Origin: Chrysomallon squamiferum | Taxonomy: Eukaryota > Animalia > Mollusca | DNA: 64,000 nucleotides | Assembly (NCBI GenBank): GCA_012295275.1 | Contig: CM022669.1 | Coordinates: 434,001 to 498,000 of the forward strand | Reading direction: 5' to 3' | Shown here: piece by piece, positions 42,445 through 64,000 of the stretch | Numbering within the stretch: position 1 is the stretch's first letter | How the letters are laid out: the number at the start of each line of letters is the position of its first letter | Translations under genes and position numbers: made by a program | The notes under the pieces: generated by a model | What the model saw: the letters and a program-made list of their open reading frames with translations, nothing else | Told to the model about the DNA's origin: nothing | The model's database searches: none

Positions 42445-45245
42445 TTTTTATCATATTAAACTCATTTTTCATTTTAAACTGGATTTTGTCATTCATTTTA
42501 GTGTGCTGCTGGTGTTTTCTCATTTTTTATACTTGTGTATGTGTCTTCTGATATAGATTGTAATATATAACATGTTGAAAATTTGCTGCGTGGTATATTG
42601 TGTATTCAGTGCAGGAAATTTGCTTTGATTCAGATGTTTTGACTATTTATAAAAAATGGATGCTTTTTAAACTTGCATTGACTGAATGTTTATGTAAATT
42701 TGAAGATTTTGAATTCTGTACTGGGTATGAATGTTGACTCTATAATAGTTAAATATATTAAAATAAAATATTATCCAATGGTAGGACATAATGCCATTAA
42801 TTTAAATATTTATTTACAAGAAATTACAGACTTTTTCCATCTAGCAATATATCTATTTGTTATTTCGGATAACTGATATTCTTTGGTCTCATGATACTTA
42901 ATAATGTAATCAGAATATTGATGATATAGTTTGTCAAACAAATGTTTTTATTAAATGACAAAACCAATAAATAGTATATAAATGATAAATTATAGAGTTA
43001 CATAGACAAATAATACTTATCTAATTTTAAAGATGGCAAGTTTACATCACAGACTGAAATTGATGTTAAATAAATTAATATAAATTATGTATTAAAATAT
43101 GGCTGTTTAAAATGAATACCTGATTAACATTCCATCCTGTCTGTATTTATTTTATTTTTTATTTAATGTTTTCATGAAAATAGTTTTAATTACTTGTATT
43201 TAAAAGGAAATATGTGATATGGCAGCAACTATACAGAATTTGTAATGTGTAATAACAAATGAAAAATCTTGTTACCAATTTTAATATACATTTTCTCAGT
43301 TCACTAGAAAGGGATTTTAAATTTGACCTTGGAAATCTTTTACCAGACTCTCTCATTGTGATAGCTAACTTTGTATAAAGAAGACTTTGGTGATGAATAG
43401 TCACTATTAAAATGAAATAATTAGTCTGAGGAACGTTATTCCTCCCTCATGATATCTCTCTTCTTTTTTCTTATTTTACTAGGTCAAGGAAATTAAGAAA
43501 AATGCCAATTTGACATGAAATAATTAAGCAAATTTCTTTTACAAAAGTTCATATTAAAAGCAATTACTGTAATAGTCATTGAAATTTACAGAAATGTCTT
43601 CAGCTGGTAACAAGAATGAGTTGGGAATGGATATGTGGATTCGTGGACTATAAATTGTTTTGCAGAAATTTAAAATGCTTAATTTTGATTTCATTAAAAA
43701 TGTAAATTTGAGATTTCTTTATTGCCATTTTCATTTTCCATCATTTTGCAGTGACTAGTGATGTAATAATTTTTACACAGATACTGAAGATTAAACACGA
43801 AAATGTATATATTGCAAATGAAAGGAAACAGAGGAATTTAGCTAATAAAAACTGGTGTATACAACTGAAGAAAACACGAATACTGTTGGTGAAGGAATGA
43901 AAATAGCAAATCTTTAGACTAATCATTATGAACACAACTGAAGATTAGCATGACAATAACTGTGAAAAAGAAGAAATAATATTATCATCCATCATAGTAA
44001 ATGTTAATGTTAAATAGCATGATAAAAAATAATGAAAAGAGAAACACAGTTGTCACATGTAATTATTGTTTATTTAATTTTTTTTTTTACTAACTGCAAA
44101 CTTCAGTGAGTTTACGTGTGAATACAAGACTCAGATTGGCATGTAATATACATTATTATCTCACAGTTAAATCAACAGATATACACACCATTTGTATAAA
44201 ACTTGCATTGTATAAATAACAACGATATAAATCTGGTTCAACAACATTAACAAAAACAGTGTTACACGTTAATAAATTTCATCAAAAGAATATTTTCATT
44301 GATCAGACAGCCCTCATTTAACTGTTAAATAACACACTTCTGTAAATCAACAACAAACAATAAATAAATTATATAAAACAAAAATATTAGTAACTACAAC
44401 GAGAACAAGATTGTGACTTTGGTGTGTATTTGACATAATTTACATTTTCTTTAAATTAAATTTCTGTGCACTGATATAGCTTCAGTCTGAATTTATGTGT
44501 TTAACACCTGCAAAACACAAAGTCAATCACACCATATGATAAAATACTGAAATTACAAAAGAAAAAATATTAGTAATATTAGGTAAACCTTTATGTTAAA
44601 AATATTTTTCAGTCAACAAAGAATTGAATATTACCAACGCAGTAATTAGCACTTGTAAAACGAACAAAACGCATTTTCCATTGTCTACAGATTGCATGGT
44701 GTCTAACACTGTTCATGGTTTTTGTTTTGAAATGGTCAAATCATTAAAGTTTCTATAACCATCAAAACAAATTCTGGTTTCTTCAGTTAAGGGCAAACTG
44801 TGGGTCACAGGCTGATCTCATTTATTAGCTGTGCAGCCCACCTGATGATGAGCCATGTCAAATGCAGCCTGCTTTTCTTGTTCAAATATGTGACTATAGT
44901 TTAACAAAAAAAAACAAATACACCCACAAAAGCAACTAAAACATGAGTAAAATTATCAGTTGTGAAATATCTTGAACATAAGCCTCTGAAGTACACCTCA
45001 GCTCCAGCCCTTCAACTTTGTAAACCTCTAATGGCCGATGTTTTTGTTTTTTCACAAGTGATTTGGTAACTAGCTACGTACAAAATGCATTTATGATAAA
45101 TCAACACAATGTTAAACTTTATCACACATAAAAAGTATATAATTTCATTTAATTATCACTTTGTAATCATTTATTGTCCTTGATTGTCAGAAATACAATG
45201 TACAATGATTTTTATCTTCACAATACAGAAATCTGCATTAGTTAA

Positions 45246-45285
<40 letters not shown>

Positions 45286-46432
45286 TCTCTCATCTTTTTG
45301 CAGAATTAGTTAACAAATGTTAAAGACCTCAAATGAGGCTCATATTTTTTTTTAATGAATCACCATAGAGTTTAGGTCACTCATTTACAGCTTTGGGTAT
45401 CGTCACATCTAGGAATATCATCAGTATGTTAGGTTGCTACCACAGTAATCTGTTGTTACATGAATATGACATGCAATAGAGACAGTGTGGTTTCAAAAAC
45501 AGTTTTATTTATGGAGCTATGATAGTTTTCATTAGTTATTTATCCTGAATGTGTAGTTTTGTGTCTGTATCTCTCTGCATCATTCATCTCTGTATTTTTC
45601 TGTTTGACTGTGTGTGTGTGTGTGTGTGTATGCTGTATGAAAGATTAGTATTGACTGAGGGCAGAGAAATTAGATGGGGTAAGGGGACCAACAGATCCTT
45701 GCTGGGACATACAAAGAAGTGAATGTCTGCTTACAGGTGAATGACAACTTCTCTTTGCTGCTAATAAAAATAGACTTGTCTTGATAACAATCACTATATT
45801 GATTTCACACCTGAGATCATTAACTGGGGGTTTGTGGGTGGTGGGGACTGAGGTCATCAGGTGAATAGATCAGGAAACATGTTAAGAAAATAATATTAAA
45901 ATTTACTATTTTCAACAACTGATGATTAATGTAATACCTCTAAACTGACTTGTTATTCCAGTTGGTTCCATCACTATAACATCAATAATCAAAATTGTTT
46001 TTAATGCATGTGATTGTCACAGTGTATATCTTTCTGTCTGTTCAGATTTAATGGTGATGTCAGTGTATAGCTGTCACAATATCCAGTTAATTATTTGTTG
46101 TTTGATAGTTTTGAACAGAGAATGTCATAGCTATTTATGTAACCTTTCATGCACAATAAAATTTTGTCTGTTAAAATAAATCTTACACAACTTTACAGTA
46201 ATGTTGATTAATTGTATATGCTGTAATGACAACTGTTTAAAAACTGAGATTTTCTTTCTGTGAAGAGCTGATATGTTTTATACATTTATTACAACTTTTT
46301 CAGAGTAATACAAACAGACTAATTCAGTACAAACTTTAATATACAGATAAATGCAGAACACTGCAAGTCCAGACCAAATTTGAATTCTTGTCACATCTCG
46401 TCTTGGTTGAGATGGTGTCTGTAGTGTTAGCT

Positions 46433-57553
<11,121 letters not shown>

Positions 57554-58335
57554 CTACAAAAAAACAGGTTAGTTACCGAGTTTTTCCTGGGAAAATTTCC
57601 ACAATTCTTCTTAATAATGTTAATAAATAAATAAAAAAATGAAAGAAACAAAGAAACATGTATGATGATAATATTAATAATAAAAATTATATATAAAGTT
57701 TTGTTACAATTTTTAAAAATTTAGAATGTATTTACTATTAAACAATATTTTCCTAATTATAAATTATTAAATATGAATATCAAATATCAGCTACAAAGAT
57801 AGTTTTGGTTTGTTGCTTATTAATTTATTTCAAACCAAACACTGATTTCAGAAAAAATGTTTTAAGTAGAAATATTTGAAATGCTGAAGTAAGCAAAACA
57901 AATTTAGATTGTAGAAAAGAATGGAGAAAAGTAAAAACAAATTAATAAATAAATAAAATAATAATAATAATTCACGATATCGGTTGGTTTTTCTTCTTCT
58001 TTTGTCTCACTAATTTGGTTTAATGCAGTTAAAACGAACCATGTTGAGGTGGAAAGTTACCAGTTAAAATGTCCATGGGCAAAAGTTGTTATTTAGTACC
58101 TACTGTTAGTTTGTGGATAAATGATCAGATACTGAGAGTGAGATAGTCGAAAGATGTTCGATTGGATACCTTCATAGTCGTTCAGCGTTATAGAAAAAAA
58201 AAAAAAAAATCTATGGAGTAGTTTTAATATATTCTCCAGACTTTCAAGTTACCATTTTATTTATTTATTTTCAGTCATTATTTGATAATGTGAAAGAATA
58301 AGATTAAATAATATGGCCACATTTACACCTTTCGG

Positions 58336-58370
58336 ACGCCGCCATTTTTTCTGTAGTTGTGACGTCATCG
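58336..58370. promoter_or_regulatory. YY1-like plus full CRE motif pair upstream of the mapped PDE8 exons
   Basis: GCCGCCATTTT at 58338-58348 and TGACGTCA at 58360-58367, near the edge of a CpG-rich block. Confidence 0.4.
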
Positions 58371-58504
58371 CATTATGTTTTTTTAGTTTTTTTTACTATC
58401 GTCGTGCATTATTATTTATGACAAATTGCCAGAAACAAGTGAAATGAAAACTTAGAAGAGCAACTAATTACTTACTTACTGACTTTATTATTATGATTAT
58501 TATG

Positions 58505-58540
<36 letters not shown>

Positions 58541-60051
58541 TACAAAACAAAAACGGAAATTGCATTTCAAGACTAGAAATTTTTCTGTCGTATTTTGAGA
58601 TTATGTAATAGCCTGTCACTTAGTATGGAAAGTTGTTTTTAGTGTTTTGAATGATGGTTCTGAAGTAAAGGCTTTCATCTTGTTCATGATGTTGAAAAGG
58701 TTCATATAAATTATGTAACCGAATTCAAGGTGTTCAAGAAAAAGAAAGAAAGAAAAAAAAAAAAAAAAAAAAAAAACAGCGAAAAAAACAACAACAAACA
58801 GCAACAAATGTAATTTTATCTGAACTTGGCAGAACTCCGTTATATGTAGTCAGAAAAACAGGTTTTGGAGCGTTTCTACTCTAAGTATTTATTTATTATG
58901 CATACTCACTGTTTTTTCGTAACTGCCACTATTACTGTGTGTTCACTGCGCTTTGTTGCTCGTAAAGATCTGAAAGTAAACAATATTTAGTGTAACTAAT
59001 GTTCTTGATGAGAACAAACGAACGTATCAGAGATCTAATAGAACATCGTTAACTTGAGAATTTTGTCTCTAAACATTAAACATCAGACCTTTAGTATGTA
59101 ATTTTAGTATCGTTAAACCATCACGTTAATTCTGTTAGAAAATATCACGTGTCGTGCGAACACGCCACTGCCACTGCACAAATTAAATAAATAAACTAAA
59201 AAATAAACTAATAAATGAATGAATGAGTGAATAAATAAATAAATAAACAAACAACAATAATAATAACAATAGCAACAACAACGATATTTTAATAGTAAAT
59301 TTAAAAATTAATAATTGTGTTTTATCTTATTTATTCATTCATACGTCCATCAATTTACTAGTATATACACCTCCCACCATTATGACTGTTTCACGCCAGT
59401 CCCGATTTCTGCAAACACGCTGTGTTCTGTAGATTCAGATTTAACGATGCCCTAAGCTACCCAGAGCTTCAAGACCACTTGTTAACATAACATATTTATA
59501 CTGAATTTCATGTACACTCATCTTTTCTCTTCTTTTTCTTTTGTGTCCGCAGTGATTCGCGAGGCCCTAAGCAGTAGTTTGTTTAGTTCAAGTCTAAATC
59601 CAGCATATCTGTAGATAACAATTAATGAGGATTCTGCTGGGAGTCATGAATGACTACACTGTTCCTGATTATAGAAAACCTATTTTGCTGGCTGATATTT
59701 TTAATATCAATAATCTATCTTGTCATAAATACGCAACAACTATAACAAATGATCTAAAATCAGAATTTGTCATAACAAAGCCAAAGATAGCTTGCGGGCT
59801 TTTTATCCAGTAAATATTCGAAACATGTTGGATGAATTCGCTCACCATGAATTTGATAGGAACAGACATTCGGAATATCTCGTATGATTATGACGGAAAT
59901 AGAAATCGACCGATGCGTTTTCACGTATAATGCGGGAATCGTCGATATTGATCGAATTATTCCGATAGAAATCGATTTCTAAATGCTACATATCAAACGG
60001 ATTTGAGTAATTTCAAACTAAATGATTCACCTCCATAATTATTTGTATTAT

Positions 60052-60053
<2 letters not shown>

Positions 60054-60107
<54 letters not shown>

Positions 60108-60194
60108 CATTCATTAACTCACACTAACTCACTCTCACTCACTCACTCACTCACTCACTCACTCACTCACTCTCTCTCTCTCTCTCTCTCTCTC
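60054..60194. repeat. (CA)n/(CACT)n/(CT)n compound microsatellite
   Basis: Simple repeats. Confidence 0.95.
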
Positions 60195-60713
60195 ATTCAA
60201 TAAGTTTGTTGTTTTTATATCTTTTGTATTTGTGCATTTAATTGTGCATTTATGTTGTATCTGTATGTGTGTGTGTACAAATATTAAAAATCACACAGTT
60301 AATATTAAATCTGAATCATTTGTTATTGCTATCTCGGCACAATCCTAACTAATCAGGAACGATTATGATTATTCATTTAATCCTTCTTAATCTTTAATCT
60401 TTTCTATTTGAGTAGTGATAATCTTCTACTTATAGAAAACAGTTAAATCGGCTTAGGCAGATGGACAAACTAAACGTGAGTCCTGTTTGTCCAGTGTACG
60501 TTCTAATCCGTTAATAAGCTTTTCTAATAACACGCAAACACGGTCCGCATGAAGACGAAGTAGTGCGGTATGTGAAGGGTTTCTTTTCCCTTTTTTAACA
60601 TGTATCCGTGCCATTCCACTATTTACGCAAATGAAACAACACAATAAATCACTGAACGGTGAAATACATACATGCAAAATTACTTTTAATCATGCATGCA
60701 TGCACACGTACAG

Positions 60714-60717
<4 letters not shown>

Positions 60718-60799
<82 letters not shown>
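60718..60799. repeat. (GA)n microsatellite
   Basis: Pure run; source of the RERERE ORFs. Confidence 0.95.
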
Positions 60800-60803
<4 letters not shown>

Positions 60804-61990
60804 TGTAAGGATTTTGTAACGTTTCAAATTTTCACTGTTTTGTTAATTTATATTATAAACGAACTAAATACGGAGAAATTATTTGAAGACAAATTTGTTC
60901 TCGTTATGCAGATTGGATGCAAATTGGCGTTTTCTAAGTCAGAGCTCGAACAAGCGTTTCCGGTTTTGACTGTATCATTATTACAGATTTAGCGGCTGGC
61001 TTCAACAAGCGGAGAAAGAGAAAAAAGAGACTGCAGTGTGCTCTCTGCGACTACAACATGGTGGCTCCGTGGAAACCTTCACTTCGCGAACTAACCACTG
61101 AAACACATCGACCGAACGAGAGCTGTCAATATGTCGACATTTCGTTAACAGTTCTTTTTTTTTTTTCTTTTTTTTTTAATTCAGACATAAAAGCCGAATC
61201 AATTTCAGTGTTCTATTTTGACACTTCAGTTAGGTTTGCATTACACGACTTCTCTGCTTTGAAAGCATCGTAGATGCGTGTTTGATTAATTTCAGTATCG
61301 GTAATCGCATCACGTATTTCACTTGGTTTTTTTTTTTTATACACAGGACGGCCGTTAAGTGTAATGTTCTTTTAAAAATTTCTCATTCCTCACTAATTAT
61401 TCCATCTAGCTTCCCGTATTTTTTTTTCAAAAAGAGCAAGATTAATACGAAATAAATAAATAAAAGAAAAATGAGAGAACGAAACAAGAAATTTGTAATG
61501 GGAAATTCACGAAATGGATGAAAAAAAAAGTAAAGAACAAATATGTAAAAAAATACTAAAAAAATATTAAGTTGAAATAATAAAAAAAAAAATAATAATA
61601 ATAACAATTATCCATCTAATATTTCTTTAATTATCAGTGTCTTTTTAGAATAACCAGATCGAAATTAAAAAAGAAACAAATAAATTAAGAAATAAATATC
61701 AAAATGCAGTTAACAAAATAAAACATAATAAAATGATAATAATTGTTAAATAATAATTTAAAAAAATAAATCACATAAATATTAACATATTGAAACCATA
61801 AAACATAAAAACAAAATCAAATATATATATTTTTTAAATGTTCATTCTTTATTTTTTATAACTGTCATTTCGCCAAGTGCTAATAAAGAAAATTATATCA
61901 TTATTACTGATCTTCTTTATTAAATCAAAACCTGTAACTGTGAAGTGAACACACATTTAAAAAAATACATGTGAAAAAAAGAAGAGCCAA

Positions 61991-62054
<64 letters not shown>

Positions 62055-62093
62055 AATAAAATAATAAAAGAAATGTATTTTCTGAATATTACA

Positions 62094-62225
62094 CCGTGAC
62101 GTTCTTAGCCAATCCAAATTTGATAATGACGTAGCGCGGATACACTTCCGGAACAGGACAGAAAAACGGCGGTAATCAGGCGTATGACTGAAATTGTCGT
62201 TGACGGCTGCTATCGGATTGTGGAA
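62094..62225. promoter_or_regulatory. CpG-rich promoter/enhancer-like motif cluster
   Basis: TGACGT twice, AGCCAATC (CCAAT), palindromic ETS-like CTTCCGGAA and reverse CCAAT (GATTG/ATTG) within ~130 bp. Confidence 0.4.
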
Positions 62226-62998
62226 CTCGGTTGTCATGATATTTGTCACGAAAATGAGGACGACTTAAAGGTTTTTTGTAGGATTTTTTTTTTGTTCTCT
62301 CTTCTATAAGGAGAGCTGATAATATAATGACATGAATCAATACAACCTTGCTGTACTGAAATACACTGTAAACCAAGCTATTGTTTGTACGATCACAATA
62401 CTACGGTGGTGTCTGCGGGATTCAGAACACAGCGCTGTATACACATTTACATCGTCACTGCTGAGATTGATCAGAGCAAATTATTGTTTTTTCTTAGACT
62501 GACAGAATACATTTACCTGCTTACAACTCAGCATATAAACACTGAAAACTGGATGGATATATTATATTTCCAAGATAACAAAAAAAGATGAAGATATCAG
62601 TTTCCAAATAAAGTTATTTTGAACTAGACTCATACTTTGACGTTTTTGGCGTTAATGAGTTTTTATGTTTTTTCAAGTGATTAGCTTTCATATATGGTAG
62701 ACAAATAGTTATCCCTTATACATTAATATATACTGACATTCGTACACACGCATACACACATACATACATACACATAGCATAGCGTTCAACAACAACTACA
62801 TAAAATGATATTTTAAACAAATATACATTTTAAGTATCTGAACAATATATGTGATAAAACATTTGTTTTAAAATTTTAAGTTTTAAAAGAAAATTAGAAC
62901 GTTTATTTATTTTTATATATATGTATAAATTCATTTTTTTATTCATTTTAAGAAGTGATCTCAACATTTATATTATTTGAAAAGATGCTATACAGAAA

Positions 62999-63029
<31 letters not shown>

Positions 63030-64000
63030 TAAAAATACGAATGATAAAAGTTTGATAGTAAAATCAGATCACGTGAGAGCTCATTGCTGTGTTTACATTT
63101 TGTGTTTTAATTACTCATAACGCGATCTAACGAACAGAAAACAGCAAAAGAATTTTATAATCTTGTGCTCTGTTAGAAATTTCTATTATATTTTGTTTTA
63201 TGTAAAAGCTAATTATTTTCGTTTGGAATTATACTATGAAATCTTCCACGTTATTTAATACGAAGTCAAAGAAGTTATTTGTTTTTTGAGAAAACATGTT
63301 TGTAAGGAATGAACTAACATTTAAAGTAACTTGTTGGCACATACATAAAGTGAAAATACCTGAGTTCTTTTTCAACTCGACTTGAATGTGAAACACCATG
63401 CTTCTTAAACATATGTTTGGTAATATTGGCATGTTTTCATTTGAGATTTCTGTTAAACTCATCACAAAGAATTTTATTAGTGAATCCCAAAATAAACTCA
63501 AAGTGAAATGGGTTCTTTTATAAAATAACGCGAAAACACCGTTTTCCATTTTTTTAAATACAAAAATCTTCTTCATTTTGTTCAGGTTTATTTTTATTAT
63601 TATTATTATATATATATATATATTTTTTTTAACCTTTTAAATTTTCTATAGCGAATCTTTAAAATACCAGTTTGCATACAGATAGTTTGATTAAACTGCT
63701 TTATTTACTAATTCATTATCATCTCTCGCACCTCATCCATCCATCCATCCATCCATCCATTCATCCATCTATTCATCTATTCATTCATTCATTCATCCAT
63801 CGCCATCTGTCTGTGTATCAATATATCTATTTCTTCACACACAAAATTACAAAATTACAGAGCATAAATGCTAACGTAACAATCCTATATAATTTTCCTA
63901 AATCAAATAAACACAAAAATAACTTGTTGTTTTTGTCTCCAAGCGATCATTAATTTGTGGTGAAAAGAAAAGAAAACTGTATCGAATTTAGCAAGATTCA

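Noticed and set aside
44841-44875. CTGATGA as a hammerhead ribozyme core (also at 26462 and on the - strand at ~7058)
   Set aside because: No stem II followed by GAAA at any of these sites.
60453-63576. ORFs at 60453-60677, 61058-61273 and 63229-63576 as upstream PDE8 exons or new genes
   Set aside because: No resemblance to the PDE8 REC domain or other motifs, and no compatible splice sites.

Overview
This is AT-rich, microsatellite-rich, intron-containing animal DNA. It looks like an invertebrate (lophotrochozoan/mollusc-like), but the species cannot be determined from the sequence alone. Most ORFs in the track are microsatellite artefacts. Hand splicing supports six protein-coding genes: (1) a 5-exon secreted Spaetzle-like cystine-knot protein with a Gly/Asn-rich N-terminus (+, 7228-11309); (2) a 2-exon secreted protein made almost entirely of about 34 GNNQGRDWNDQ-type repeats, carrying a 1-nt frameshift (-, 16108-19889); (3) an ankyrin-repeat protein (-); (4) DNA polymerase kappa (-, 12 coding exons); (5) SSR2/TRAP-beta (+, head-to-head with POLK, with an apparent 2-nt deletion); (6) the 3' part of PDE8 (-, 16 exons; its 5' exons were not found in the window). 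The window also holds nested non-autonomous DNA transposons, minisatellites (two duplications copy splice sites), an intronic RNA-like hairpin and a sharp mosaic CpG pattern. The best candidate for an undescribed system is the convergent pair of secreted Asn/Gly-rich genes at 7-20 kb. All calls come from reading the sequence; no searches were run.
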